Shown: piece after piece, positions 8,728 through 19,423 of the stretch
Layout: the number at the start of each line of letters is the position of its first letter
How positions within the stretch are numbered: position 1 is the stretch's first letter
Assembly: GCA_963783375.1 (NCBI GenBank)
Contig: CAWANH010000029.1
Span: 128,001-192,000 of the forward strand
DNA length: 64,000 nucleotides
DNA from: Candidatus Eiseniibacteriota bacterium
GTDB lineage: Bacteria; Eisenbacteria; RBG-16-71-46; JABDJR01
Direction of reading: 5' to 3'
Translations under genes and position numbers: made by a program
The notes under the pieces: model-generated
What the model was told of the DNA's origin: nothing
Database searches by the model: none
The model's input: the letters and a program-made list of their open reading frames with translations, nothing else

Positions 8728-11700
8728 ATGTTGGCAAACTTCATGAACAGACGTCTTGCACGGGTTGCAGGGATCGCGGTCGCGACGCTCGCGCTGGCGG
8801 CTCTCACCCCCCTCCGCTCCCGGGCCGCGGTGACGGGGCCGGTGACCACCCTGGTCGAAGAGGCTCCCGGCGCGATTCGCTTCGAGGTGACCTTCGACCC
8901 TCCCCGGTGGGAAGAGACGACCCTGAACGGGGTCGACTATCGCTTCCCGAGCTGGCCGACCCTGCCCGGAACCGGCGATTCCGGAGATCCCGCTCTGCCG
9001 CTCACCGTGGTCCGGGTGGCCGTCCCCCCCGGCGCGGTCTCGGTGAGCGCCGCCACCCGGGAGCGGGGGCGGGCGATGGGGGTCCGGTTCCCTCCGGTGA
9101 CGAGCTACCAGCCGATCGATCCCCGGACGCGGCTTCGCGATCCCATGGTGTTGCACACCGAATCGGTGGAAGGGCCGCTCTTCACCGCCGACCGGGCTCT
9201 TCCCCCGGCCGAGATCCTCTCCGACGGGATCGAGCGCGGGGTTCGGATCCTGAACGTGGGCGTGCGGCCGGTGAGTTTCGACCCGGCCACCGGGTCCGCG
9301 GTGTGGGCGAGCGCGGTGACGGTGACCGTGAGCCTCCCTCCGGGCGCGGCGGCGCTGCCCGCGCGACCGGCGGTGGACCGGGTGGGGCAGGCGTCGTTCG
9401 AACGGGACCTGGTGAACCCCCGGGACGCTGCCCGCTGGTCGGGGGCGGCGGCCGACGAGGCGCCCGCGCTTCCCACCGCCACCGGCGTCCCTGCCACGTG
9501 GTTCGACGACGCCGACGGGTGGGCCAAGATCCGGATCGAATCCAACGGGGTTTACCGGTTGGATCGGAACGTGCTCGAGAACATGGGGGTGCCGGTCGGC
9601 ACCGTCGACCCGCGCACCTTCCGGCTCTTCGCCGGCCCCCTGGTGCCGCACCTGGCCTGGACCGATCTGGGTTGGGTCGGCAATCGCCCGGTCTGGCAGC
9701 ACGTCTACCAGCGCCCGGAGTTCGCCCAGGGATTCGACGGCGGGTTCGGTGAGATCCCCATGCTGGTTCGGGGGAACCTGGACGACGGCACGATGGACGC
9801 CTCCGACGCCCTCGTGTTCTACGCGCTCGGCCCGGACAATTACCGCGAGCGCTTCGGCCTCGCCCCCGACTCGACCGGCGAATACGTCATGAACCCCTAT
9901 ACCTCCCAGACCGTCTACTGGCTGGCCTGGGGAGGGGACTTCGCCGGTTCGCCCCGGCGCATGGCGGTCGAGGACGCGACCCCGGCCCCGGGGGCGCCGG
10001 TGGTGACCGACGGCCGGACGCGCATCCACTTCGAGAACATCAAGAACCGCGACAGCATCTACGACCCCTCGATGTACGACGGCGGCTATCCGTGGCCGCA
10101 GTGGTTCTGGGCCTCGATCTCCACCTCCAATCCCGCGGGCCAGGGATTCCTCCTGAACCTGCCCCAGGCCCTTTCCGGCTCCACCTTCGACGTCAGGATC
10201 CGCCTGTGGGGTTCGCAGGTTCCCCTCGCCGGGGGGGGCACCCTGGAAGAGGCGCGCCACCACGTCCACGTCAGGGTGAACAGCGTGGATCTGGGAACCC
10301 CGGCCTGGGGGGGCAGCTTCTTCACCTCGTTCACCCATCTTGACGTCACCGGCGAGGGCATCCCCACCGGCACTCCCGACACCCTCAAGCTGGTGGTGCC
10401 GCAGGTAGGGACCAACCCCGACCGCTACGATCAGGTCTACCTCACCTGGGTCGACGCAACCTATACGCGCCGGTTCGACGCCGGGGGGAACCCGGCGGAG
10501 TTCTCGGTCGGTGCCGGGGAATCGGGGCGGATGGTGCGGGTGTCCCGCCCGCCCTCCGGCGCCCCGCTGGTGCTCGACGTCACCGATCCGCGAAATCCGC
10601 GCCGGCTCACCGGGGTCCGGATCTCGGGATCGGGGACGGGAGCGATCGGGGAGTTCGCGGTCGGTTCGGACGCGGCCCGGACGGTGGCGGTGGCCTCGGA
10701 CGACGATCTCCTGACCCCCGCCGCCGGCTCCTATCGGGACGATCCGCCGGCGGGGGAGAACGGAAGCCCGACCTGGCTCCGGGACGCGACCTCCGCCGTG
10801 GACTACGTCCTGGTGGTGGGGGACGGATTCGAGGACGCGGCGGAGGTTCTCGCCCAGTGGAGGCGGAACAACCTTCTCGGCATCACCGAAAGCCGTCCCG
10901 CCAGGGTCCAGGTGGTCCGGGTGAGCGACATCATGGACGAGTTCACCTGGGGGATGTGGGACCCCATCGCCATCCGCTACTTCCTGGAGTACATGTACCG
11001 GTACTACGGACCCGGTGAGGACCGGCTCTCCTACTGCGTCTTCCTGGGGGACCACACCTACGATCCGCGGGACTTCCACCAGAACGGGATCCCCGACATC
11101 GTGCCTTCCTGGGAAGACAACCGGAGCGGCATCTCCGACATCCGGTACGGAAACATCCAGTACGCCACCGACGATCCCCTGGCCCGGTTCGACGGCTACG
11201 ACAGCGGACTCTACGACAACTACACCGATCTGATCCTGGGGCGGATCCCCGCCCGGACCGCGGCCGAGCTCCGGGGCGTCATCGAACAGAAGATCAAGCG
11301 GGCGGAGGAAGCCCCGTCCTACGGACCCTGGCGGACCAAGGCGATCCTGATCGCCGACGACAACTGCCAGGGACGCGACTCCGACTCGGCGGGGTCGACC
11401 CACATGCCGATCTCCGAGGAGGTGGACGCGGTCATCCCTTTCGTTTTCGATCGATCCAAGGTATACCTGTACGAATACGGGGAAACCTGCACCTATGACT
11501 CCAAGCCGGCGGCCAAGCGGGCGCTCCTGGACGCCTGGGACGACGGAGCCTGGCTGGTGAACTACGTCGGCCACGGCGGAAACGTGGTCATGGCCGATGA
11601 GCACGTGTTCGACGTAGCCGACGTGCCCGTTCTCACCAACGACGGGCGCCTTCCGGTGCTCGGGGCCTTCTCCTGCAGCGTGGGCAAGTTCAACAAAGCG

Positions 11701-12996
11701 ACGCAGGAAGGGATAGGCGAGGCGTTGGTTCTCCAGCCCCGGACCGGAACCATCGTCTCCGCCGCCGCCACCCACCTCACCAGCCCCGGGAACAACAAGC
11801 TCCTGAACAAGGATTTCATGCGCCGGCTCTTCCCCGGGGGGAACCCGGTGCCGCCGGTCCCCATCGGGGCCGCGCTCATGGAGGCCAAGCGCCTCCAGGC
11901 CAACGAGAACGACCGGTACATCTGTCTGGGGGATCCGGCCAGCCGGTTGAACGTGCCGGGGTCCGAGCTTGCGGTGACCGGCCCCGATACCCTGAAGGCC
12001 GGGGTCACCCCCGAGTTCTCGGTCCGCCGGGAAGACGGCGCGGGGACCGGCGGGACGCTGGACGTCCTGGCCCAGGGCCCGATGATCCTTCGCTCCAAGA
12101 ACTCCCAGGGGCAGCCGATCCCCGGCTTCGCCGCCGGATCCGGGTACCGGCTTCCCGGGGCGAGATTGTTCAGCGGGCGGTCGGCGATCGCCGGGGACAG
12201 CGCATCGGTGGCCTTCACCGTGCCGCGCTCGATCCGCGACGGCCAGGACGCGCGGGTGCGGATCTACGGTTCGGGAACCGGTTGGGACGGGGCGGGGATC
12301 GTCGGTCCGCTGCCCACCGATCCCCGCTCGACCGGGGCGGTGGACGACACCACCGGCCCGACCCTGAGCTTCAGCTCGCCCTCCACCGAGGTGTCGGCCG
12401 GCGACGAGATGGAGCTCCGGCTCGAGGACCCGTCGGGGATCAACCTCACCCGGGCGTTTCCGGTGTTCTCCATCCTGCTCAAGGTCTTCGATCCCGACGG
12501 GCGGGAACTCCTGCGTCTGGACCTGACCGACCGGTTCCAGTACGACGAGGGGAGCCACACCCGGGGCCGGGTGGTCTTCAACGTTCCCGATCTCGTCCCC
12601 GGGACCTACGACTTCGTGGTGACCGCGGCGGACAACAACGGGTTCACCTCCCGATTGACCGCCACCTTCCAGCTGGGCGCCGCCGCGCGGGGGGCGGCGT
12701 TCTCGGGCGTGCTGGCCTATCCGAACCCGTTCGACCCCGAGCGGGAATCCACCCGGGTCATGTTCACCCTGAACCGGGGGGCCAAGGTCACCGCGCGGGT
12801 CTACTCGGTGGCCGGGCGCCTGGTCTGGACGGACGAGAAGACGGTCTCCGCGGGGCCCAACGCCTTCCTGTGGAACGGGAGGGACCGGGGCGGGGACCGG
12901 GTGGCCAACGGGGTCTACCTGGTCCAGCTCGACGCCCGTCCGAGCGCGGGGGGAGGCCGCGCCAAGCATCTGGAGCGGGTCGTCGTCCTCCGGTGA
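8728..12996 (+). CDS. porU: PorU-like sortase, peptidase C25 (gingipain family), with C-terminal FlgD/CTD domain
   Basis: Signal peptide; KIRIESNGVYRL PorU-type motif; catalytic NYVGHG and FSCSVG; LGDPA; YPNPF...ANGVY CTD; adjacent to porV-like gene. Start may be 8743. Confidence 0.85.
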   Translation: MLANFMNRRLARVAGIAVATLALAALTPLRSRAAVTGPVTTLVEEAPGAIRFEVTFDPPRWEETTLNGVDYRFPSWPTLPGTGDSGDPALPLTVVRVAVPPGAVSVSAATRERGRAMGVRFPPVTSYQPIDPRTRLRDPMVLHTESVEGPLFTADRALPPAEILSDGIERGVRILNVGVRPVSFDPATGSAVWASAVTVTVSLPPGAAALPARPAVDRVGQASFERDLVNPRDAARWSGAAADEAPALPTATGVPATWFDDADGWAKIRIESNGVYRLDRNVLENMGVPVGTVDPRTFRLFAGPLVPHLAWTDLGWVGNRPVWQHVYQRPEFAQGFDGGFGEIPMLVRGNLDDGTMDASDALVFYALGPDNYRERFGLAPDSTGEYVMNPYTSQTVYWLAWGGDFAGSPRRMAVEDATPAPGAPVVTDGRTRIHFENIKNRDSIYDPSMYDGGYPWPQWFWASISTSNPAGQGFLLNLPQALSGSTFDVRIRLWGSQVPLAGGGTLEEARHHVHVRVNSVDLGTPAWGGSFFTSFTHLDVTGEGIPTGTPDTLKLVVPQVGTNPDRYDQVYLTWVDATYTRRFDAGGNPAEFSVGAGESGRMVRVSRPPSGAPLVLDVTDPRNPRRLTGVRISGSGTGAIGEFAVGSDAARTVAVASDDDLLTPAAGSYRDDPPAGENGSPTWLRDATSAVDYVLVVGDGFEDAAEVLAQWRRNNLLGITESRPARVQVVRVSDIMDEFTWGMWDPIAIRYFLEYMYRYYGPGEDRLSYCVFLGDHTYDPRDFHQNGIPDIVPSWEDNRSGISDIRYGNIQYATDDPLARFDGYDSGLYDNYTDLILGRIPARTAAELRGVIEQKIKRAEEAPSYGPWRTKAILIADDNCQGRDSDSAGSTHMPISEEVDAVIPFVFDRSKVYLYEYGETCTYDSKPAAKRALLDAWDDGAWLVNYVGHGGNVVMADEHVFDVADVPVLTNDGRLPVLGAFSCSVGKFNKATQEGIGEALVLQPRTGTIVSAAATHLTSPGNNKLLNKDFMRRLFPGGNPVPPVPIGAALMEAKRLQANENDRYICLGDPASRLNVPGSELAVTGPDTLKAGVTPEFSVRREDGAGTGGTLDVLAQGPMILRSKNSQGQPIPGFAAGSGYRLPGARLFSGRSAIAGDSASVAFTVPRSIRDGQDARVRIYGSGTGWDGAGIVGPLPTDPRSTGAVDDTTGPTLSFSSPSTEVSAGDEMELRLEDPSGINLTRAFPVFSILLKVFDPDGRELLRLDLTDRFQYDEGSHTRGRVVFNVPDLVPGTYDFVVTAADNNGFTSRLTATFQLGAAARGAAFSGVLAYPNPFDPERESTRVMFTLNRGAKVTARVYSVAGRLVWTDEKTVSAGPNAFLWNGRDRGGDRVANGVYLVQLDARPSAGGGRAKHLERVVVLR

Positions 12997-13175
12997 TGCC
13001 GACAAATGGTTGTCGGGCAAGGAAATGGCAGGTTCGCTCTGGACCCGGTCGGCGGACCTCTGGTAGGCTCTCCGGCCGCCGCCCTACGGCAACCTTTTGG
13101 GAACCCGGCGTCCCCGCCAGGGTTCAACCAGCCAGTCCGGGGCACCGTTGTGCCCCGCCCAGGAGGACCGCGCCC

Positions 13176-14237
13176 ATGAGACTCTGGTACCGTCTAGCCC
13201 GCCCCCTCGCCGTAGCCGTCGTGCTCGTCACCGCCCTGGCCCCGGCCACCGCCTTCGCCGGGAGCACCGCGGGAGCGGCCTCGCTCCAGATCCCCCCCGA
13301 CGCCCGCGCCGAGGGGATGGGTCGGTTCTTCAACGCCGTCGCCGACGACGCCTTCGCCCCCTGGTGGAACCCGGCCGGCCTCGCCTTCCTGAAGGGCTGG
13401 AACGCCGGCCTCATGCACGCCAAGCTCGTGCCCGGTCTGGCCGACGACGTCTACTACGAGTACCTCGGGGTCACCAACAGCGTCCAGGGATGGGGCGGGG
13501 TGGCCGGCACCTTCACCTACCTGAACTACGGGACCAGCCAGGCCACCAATCCCGGGTCCTCGGAAGCCATCGGCACCTTTTCCTCCTACGAGTTCTCCCC
13601 CTCGATCGCGCTCGGAACCACCATCCTTCCCAACGTCGGCGTGGGGGCGAATCTGAAGCTGATCCACGTGAGCCTCGCCCCCGAGCAGTACGCCGGCCAG
13701 GGCGCGGGCAGCGGAACCAGCTTCGCCGTGGACCTGGGCGGCCTGTACCGGATGCAGCACCAGTCCGACAACATCTTCGGGATGGGCGCGGGAACCATGA
13801 GCCTCGGCCTCGGGGCCACCGTGGCCAACCTCGGTCCCGACATCTCCCTCACCCAGGGAAAGAAGTCCGACCCCATGCCCCGGAATCTCAAGGTCGGCGT
13901 GGCCCTGGGCGCGAAGATCCCCGAGTCCTACTCCTTCCTGGCCGGGTTCTCGGTCGAGAAGAACCTGGTGTTCAGCGACATTCCGGACAGCATCCGCGCC
14001 AAGCTCAACTTCGCCGACAAGCACGACGTGATCATGAGCGGAGGGTTCGAAGTCGGTCTCATGGACCTGGTGTTCGGCCGCGTCGGCTACATCTACGACG
14101 ACCCGGGCGAGATCAAGAACTGGACCTTCGGGGCCGGTTTCCACCTGAAGGAGTTCGGGCTCGACTTCGCGTCGATCCCCCAGGCCAAGGACCTGGACCG
14201 GGTGAGCAAGATCTCGCTGGTCGCGGCGTTTGATTGA
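13176..14237 (+). CDS. porV: PorV/PorQ-family outer membrane beta-barrel
   Basis: AGGAGG RBS; signal peptide; SLQIPPDARAEGMG...DDAFA.WWNPAGLAF hatch motif of the PorV/FadL type. Confidence 0.85.
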   Translation: MRLWYRLARPLAVAVVLVTALAPATAFAGSTAGAASLQIPPDARAEGMGRFFNAVADDAFAPWWNPAGLAFLKGWNAGLMHAKLVPGLADDVYYEYLGVTNSVQGWGGVAGTFTYLNYGTSQATNPGSSEAIGTFSSYEFSPSIALGTTILPNVGVGANLKLIHVSLAPEQYAGQGAGSGTSFAVDLGGLYRMQHQSDNIFGMGAGTMSLGLGATVANLGPDISLTQGKKSDPMPRNLKVGVALGAKIPESYSFLAGFSVEKNLVFSDIPDSIRAKLNFADKHDVIMSGGFEVGLMDLVFGRVGYIYDDPGEIKNWTFGAGFHLKEFGLDFASIPQAKDLDRVSKISLVAAFD

Positions 14238-17200
14238 GAGGGTTCGCCCCGGGGCCCGGTTCGCGGTAATCGTCCTGGGGCTCCTCGTCCCGGTCCTGGC
14301 CGGGGCCGACACGCCGCGACACCTGGTGGTGGTGGGCCGGTCGCACGACGCTCACTCCCGGGCGGAGCGGCTGGTCACCCTCGAGGCCCCGGCAGGCCGC
14401 AAGCCGGCGCCGCGGGGATCCGGGACCGCCCTCGAACCGCGGGCTTTCCCCCACGACCTCTTCCAGCCCGGGGCCGCGCGCCCCTTCCTCCGGCCGGTTC
14501 GCGAGCTCCTGCGGGACGGCCTGGCCGCCGCCGCCGCCGATCCCGGCCCCGACACCGTCCGGGTGGCCCTCATGCGGGTGGACTTCCGGAAGGATTCCCG
14601 CGGGGCGACCACCACCACGACCGACGGGCGCTTCGATCTCCGGACCGGGACCGGCGCGCTGGTCGATCCTCCCCCCCACAACAAGGCCTACTTCGAAGCC
14701 CACGCCCGCGCCCTGGCCGCCTACTACCTGGCCCAGTCCTACGGGAGCATGGTGATCGAGATCACGGTGTTCCCGGCGGAGGAGGACAGCGCCTACCACC
14801 TTTCCGACACCGGGGACTACGGCCCGTGGGAGGTGGCCCAGAACGCCGAGGTGGTGGCCAACGCCAGCCGCCTGGTCATCGACGCGGTGACCGCCGCGGC
14901 GACGAGCGGCGACTTCCGGTTCGACGACTTCGACGCCTACGTGGTGGCCCACGCCGGGGCCGATTACCAGAGCGACGTGAACCGGGACACCCCCGACGAC
15001 ATTCCCACCTTCACCCTGAGTCTGGCCGATTCCATCACGACCGGGACCGGGAAGGTGGGGCGGGTGCTGGTGCTTCCCGAGACCTCGGTTCAGGATGACT
15101 ATCTCGGGGCGTTGAACGGGACCTTCGCCCATGAGTTCGGCCACGTGCTGGGGCTCCCGGATCTCTACAACATCTGCAACGGGCTCCCCCAGGTCGGGTG
15201 GTGGAGCCTCATGGACAGCGGGGAGAACATCCGCTCCATCATCGCCGACGTGGCCGACGGGGACACCCTGGAGTACGAGGCGGCCGGGGTCTTTCCCACC
15301 AGCTTCGACCCCTGGTGCAAGCTCCAGCTCTTCCCCAAGGCGGTGGCCCCCCTCATGATCGGGGAAACCTGGCAGCAGGCGATGGAGGCGGTGGAGCTGA
15401 ACCCCCACATTCCCTACGTCTCCCTCGATCCCACCGAGACCTTCCTGATCGAGAACCGGGCGCTGGACCTGGACGGGAACGGGTTCCCCTACGTGCGCGC
15501 GGACTCCACCACCGGGGTTTTCCTGGGCCCGGTGGACGATCCCGAAGGCTCGGATCCGGTCGGCCACCTGGAGTACGACGCGGTGCTCCCGGGCGAGGGC
15601 ATCCTCATCTGGCACGTGGACGACAAGATTTTGGGCCCGGCCCTGGCCGGCCAGGACCTGGGGGACGGCTGCCCGGGGGGCATCAACCTCTACACCGGCT
15701 TCCGGGGGCTCTCGGTGGTCGAGGCCGACGGGATCTCCGACCTGGGGCGTCCGGCGCTGCTTCGCTACCTGGGGAGTCCCGAGGATCCGTTCTTCCTGGA
15801 CAACAACCCGCTCTTCGCGCCCGGCACCGTGCCCGGGACCGCGGCCAACGACGGCGCCTGGACCGGGATCCGGGTGGAGATCACCTCCAACCCGGGCCGG
15901 GTGATGGGGATCAAGATCGAGCGCCCCCTGGCCCGGGACGGCTGGCCGCGGCTCCTGCCCTATGACGACGAGGTGAAGAGCAACGTGGGGAAGCTCGCGG
16001 TGCTCGACCTCGACTCCGCGACCGGCGGCTCGAGCCCCGAGGTTCTCTTCACCCTCGACCAGTCGCGCACCGGTCCTCCCCCCGCCACCTTCCGCGGCCT
16101 GGGAGCGGTCCGCGCCGACGCCACCCCCTACGTGGACACTCTCTTCGCCCGGGCCAACGCCCGCATCCTGGGGATGGCCGTCTCGTCGTCTTTCGTGTTC
16201 GGCGCGGGGCGGCCCGGGGAACGGGTGATCGCGCTGACCGTGAACGGCGGCGCGGTGGAGCTCTACCAGCCCGGCGGACGGCCGCTCATCCGGGTGGCGG
16301 GGCCGAACGTGACCCGGCCGGCCCAGACCCCGCCGGTGATCTTCCTTCGTGGGAGCGACTCCAGCCTGATCCTGTACGGCACGCAGGCCGGGCTGGTCGC
16401 CCTGCGTCCCCAGGACGGAACGGCGGCCTACGAGACCCAATCCTGGCCGGTCACCGGCACCGCGGGGGCGATTCCCGTGGGCGCGCCGGTCGTCACCCCC
16501 TACCGCACCTACTCACTTCCGCTGGGTCCGCCGGGGCCGTCGACTCCGCCTCCCCAGGTCGCCGCCCAGGCCTACGCCGGCGGCCGGGTCGAGTTCTTCG
16601 ATCTCAATCAACCCGGAACCACCCCCTCGTCCCACCGGTTCTCGACCGAGGTGGCCCACATCCTGGGCGCCAACTGGCCCTCCGTCGACTCCGGTCTTCT
16701 GGACCCGAACCTGTCCGGCTTCGGCGATGCCTTCGCGGTGTTCACCGCGGACACCGTGGCGGTGATGAACGGGAACATCGTCACCGCCTGGAAGCTCCCC
16801 GCGCCGGTCAGCGTCCCGCCGGTCCTGGGCGACCTGGACGGGGACGGCGAAGTCGAGATCGTGGCGGTGACCGACGCCGGCGATCTCCTGGCCTGGAACC
16901 CCGACGGAAGCCCGGCGGTCGGGTGGCCGCGCCCGGTCGAGGCCCCGGTGCGGGACCTGAAGCTCGCCGACCTCGACGGGGACGGCGACCTGGACGTGCT
17001 GGTGCTGGATCACCATGGACGCTTCGTGGGACTCGACGGCCGGGGGAAGCTCCTTCCGGACTACCCCCGCGCCTTCGGCACCTATCCCGTACGCTTCGCC
17101 TGGTTGGCCGCGCTCGATCCCGCCGATCCGACCCGGGGGCTGACCTGGGTGGCCACCCTGGACAACGGGGCGCTGGTGGCCCAGCGTTTCCCCGAAGCCC

Positions 17201-17586
17201 GGGTGCTCACCGGCGATTGGCGGATGCCCGGCGGCCGCCCCGAGGGGGGAAACGTGCAGGAGCATTCCGTGCGGAGCATGGACGCCGCGGCCCCGGACCT
17301 GGGCAAGGACCGGTTGCTGGTCTATCCCAATCCCGCCCGGGGGGACGGGGTGGAGATCCGTTTTCTCCTCGACCCGGGAGAGACCGCCGACCTCACGATT
17401 CTGGATCTCACCGGCCGCGAGCTGGACGGGCCGCGGCTGGACAATCGCGGCGGATTCCACCCCGGGGAGAACGCGGTGCGCTGGACCCTGAACGGGGTGG
17501 CGCCGGGGCTCTACCTCTGTCGCCTGGAGCGGGAGGGGACCGGGGGAAAGCACGTGGATCTGGCCAAGATCGTGGTCGTGCGTTGA
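14230..17586 (+). CDS. M6 (immune inhibitor A-like) metalloprotease with FG-GAP repeats and T9SS-like CTD
   Basis: HEFGHVLGLPDLY zinc motif, WSLMDSG Met-turn, GDLDGDG repeats, VYPNP...APGLY...KIVVVR CTD. Confidence 0.85.
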   Translation: MIERVRPGARFAVIVLGLLVPVLAGADTPRHLVVVGRSHDAHSRAERLVTLEAPAGRKPAPRGSGTALEPRAFPHDLFQPGAARPFLRPVRELLRDGLAAAAADPGPDTVRVALMRVDFRKDSRGATTTTTDGRFDLRTGTGALVDPPPHNKAYFEAHARALAAYYLAQSYGSMVIEITVFPAEEDSAYHLSDTGDYGPWEVAQNAEVVANASRLVIDAVTAAATSGDFRFDDFDAYVVAHAGADYQSDVNRDTPDDIPTFTLSLADSITTGTGKVGRVLVLPETSVQDDYLGALNGTFAHEFGHVLGLPDLYNICNGLPQVGWWSLMDSGENIRSIIADVADGDTLEYEAAGVFPTSFDPWCKLQLFPKAVAPLMIGETWQQAMEAVELNPHIPYVSLDPTETFLIENRALDLDGNGFPYVRADSTTGVFLGPVDDPEGSDPVGHLEYDAVLPGEGILIWHVDDKILGPALAGQDLGDGCPGGINLYTGFRGLSVVEADGISDLGRPALLRYLGSPEDPFFLDNNPLFAPGTVPGTAANDGAWTGIRVEITSNPGRVMGIKIERPLARDGWPRLLPYDDEVKSNVGKLAVLDLDSATGGSSPEVLFTLDQSRTGPPPATFRGLGAVRADATPYVDTLFARANARILGMAVSSSFVFGAGRPGERVIALTVNGGAVELYQPGGRPLIRVAGPNVTRPAQTPPVIFLRGSDSSLILYGTQAGLVALRPQDGTAAYETQSWPVTGTAGAIPVGAPVVTPYRTYSLPLGPPGPSTPPPQVAAQAYAGGRVEFFDLNQPGTTPSSHRFSTEVAHILGANWPSVDSGLLDPNLSGFGDAFAVFTADTVAVMNGNIVTAWKLPAPVSVPPVLGDLDGDGEVEIVAVTDAGDLLAWNPDGSPAVGWPRPVEAPVRDLKLADLDGDGDLDVLVLDHHGRFVGLDGRGKLLPDYPRAFGTYPVRFAWLAALDPADPTRGLTWVATLDNGALVAQRFPEARVLTGDWRMPGGRPEGGNVQEHSVRSMDAAAPDLGKDRLLVYPNPARGDGVEIRFLLDPGETADLTILDLTGRELDGPRLDNRGGFHPGENAVRWTLNGVAPGLYLCRLEREGTGGKHVDLAKIVVVR

Positions 17587-17678
17587 CCGGGATGGGCGAG
17601 GCGGTCCGGGGCCGCGAGCCGAATCCGCACTCCGGCCCGGTCGTGAAACCCCGGGCGATTCGAGGGGTATGGAACACC

Positions 17679-18506
17679 ATGAGACACTCCGGGATGAGAT
17701 CCTCGTGGATGGGGGCGGCGCTTCTGACCGGAGCGGCCCTGGTTCTCTCCGGGGCGCCCGCCGGGGCGGCGGACGACGGCGGCCGGCTCTATGCGGTCAT
17801 GGCCCGGGGGGACGCGCGGCCGGGGCTCGGGGCCGGGACGGCGCCGGAGCCCCGTTGGGGACCCTCGGAACTCGGCGGGGTGGGGGGCGCGCGGAGGGGC
17901 CGGTCGGTCTCCCCGGCGGTGGCCGGTTTCCTCTCCGCCCTGGTGCCGGGGGCGGGACAGCTCATCCAGGGCCAGTCCCGGGGGTGGGCCTACCTGGGGG
18001 TCGAGGGGGCGGCGTGGTTCTCGGTGCTCTCGCTTCACGACGCGGGGAATCAGGCGGAGACGGACTACCGGGCCTTCGCCGGGGACCCCAACGACACGCA
18101 CAGCCGGTGGGCCTTCCATCGCTACGAGACGGTGACCGACTGCGGGGAGGGGTTGGGCCCGGTGGACTTCGAGTCCGAGAGCGAGGCCATCCACCGGGTC
18201 TACGTGAACGCGCGGGACGACTACTTCGATGAGATCGGACGGCTCAACGTCTACGCCTGCGGATGGACCACCCAGGCCGACCGCGCGCGGTACCTGGGGA
18301 TGCGCTCCCACGCCGACGCGCTCTTCTCTTCCGCCCGATGGGTGGTGGGAGCGATGTTCCTGAACCACGTGGTGAGCGCGGTGGACGCGGCCAAGTCGGC
18401 TTCCAACCGGCGGAAGGCGGAGGCCGGGTTCTCCTGGGATTGGCGCGTGGCGCCCACCCCGCGCGGAGACCTGGCTTTCAACATGGAGCTCAGCCGCAGA
18501 TTCTGA
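17679..18506 (+). CDS. Exported/membrane hypothetical protein (DUF5683-like), paralog 1
   Basis: Signal peptide; SALVPGAGQLIQG motif; NHVVSAVDA; C-terminal beta strand ending in F. Confidence 0.65.
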   Translation: MRHSGMRSSWMGAALLTGAALVLSGAPAGAADDGGRLYAVMARGDARPGLGAGTAPEPRWGPSELGGVGGARRGRSVSPAVAGFLSALVPGAGQLIQGQSRGWAYLGVEGAAWFSVLSLHDAGNQAETDYRAFAGDPNDTHSRWAFHRYETVTDCGEGLGPVDFESESEAIHRVYVNARDDYFDEIGRLNVYACGWTTQADRARYLGMRSHADALFSSARWVVGAMFLNHVVSAVDAAKSASNRRKAEAGFSWDWRVAPTPRGDLAFNMELSRRF

Positions 18507-18603
18507 CCGGGATTCCCGAACTTTCCGGGCCTGTCGGACGCGCCGGGACTCATGGGCGTGCCGGCGCTTCCGGAATGACCTGCAACACGGAGAACAGATT
18601 GCC

Positions 18604-19413
18604 ATGCGCTGGATAGGTATCACCTTCGGCTCCGCGATCCTCGTCGCGCTCCTCGCCACCGCGGCCTCGGCGGGCGGGCGGGACCGGCCGGGACCGGCCC
18701 CGAACCTGTTCCCCGATCGCCTCTACGATTCGGGGCGCATCCTGGAGCAGGCCGCGGAGACGCCCGGGGTCTCGCTACCCAAGGCCTCGGGGAACAAGAA
18801 CGCCAAGCTGGCCATGCTCTACTCCCTGGTGCTCCCCGGCCTGGGGGAGCAGTATCTGGGGCATACCGCCCGGGCCAAGGGCTTCTTCGCGGCCGAGGGG
18901 GGGATCTGGACCGCGTTCGCGGTATTCCGGACCCAGGGTTCGCACCGGAAGGAGCTCTACCACGAGTACGCCGAGGTGAACGCGGGGGTGAAGCAACGGA
19001 GCGACGACGACTTCTACCGGATCGTGGGGAACTACGTGTCGTCCGACGGTCCCTACAGCGCCAACGAGTTCGTGAGACGCCAGGCCCGGGCCCTGTGGCC
19101 GGGGGTGGACGAGGCGAGCCGCCAGGCCCGGGAGCAATACCTCCAGGAAAACGGCTATTTCGGGAGCAATGCCTGGAACTGGCCGGACGTCCCCACCCTG
19201 ATCGCCTACCAGAAGATGCGCAAGTCCAGCCTGGACGCGTACCACCGGGCCGACCTGAGCGTGGGTCTCCTCCTGGCCAACCGGCTCCTGTCGGTGCTGG
19301 ACGTGGGACTTCTGGCCAAACGGAGCGGCGGTGATTATTCCGGCTTGTCCTGGGAAATCGACGCGGGACCCAAGGGCCCCGGGGCCCAGCTCACCCTCGC
19401 GCGCACCTTCTAG
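18604..19413 (+). CDS. Exported/membrane hypothetical protein (DUF5683-like), paralog 2
   Basis: Signal peptide; SLVLPGLGEQYLG motif; NRLLSVLD; ends LARTF. Confidence 0.7.
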   Translation: MRWIGITFGSAILVALLATAASAGGRDRPGPAPNLFPDRLYDSGRILEQAAETPGVSLPKASGNKNAKLAMLYSLVLPGLGEQYLGHTARAKGFFAAEGGIWTAFAVFRTQGSHRKELYHEYAEVNAGVKQRSDDDFYRIVGNYVSSDGPYSANEFVRRQARALWPGVDEASRQAREQYLQENGYFGSNAWNWPDVPTLIAYQKMRKSSLDAYHRADLSVGLLLANRLLSVLDVGLLAKRSGGDYSGLSWEIDAGPKGPGAQLTLARTF

Positions 19414-19423
19414 CCGCCGGCCC

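Noticed and set aside
8701-13020. Very long antisense and alternate-frame ORFs (e.g. 1439 aa on the minus strand; also 44117-47440)
   Set aside because: Shadow ORFs expected from high GC3 codon bias; no recognisable motifs, and they overlap well-supported genes
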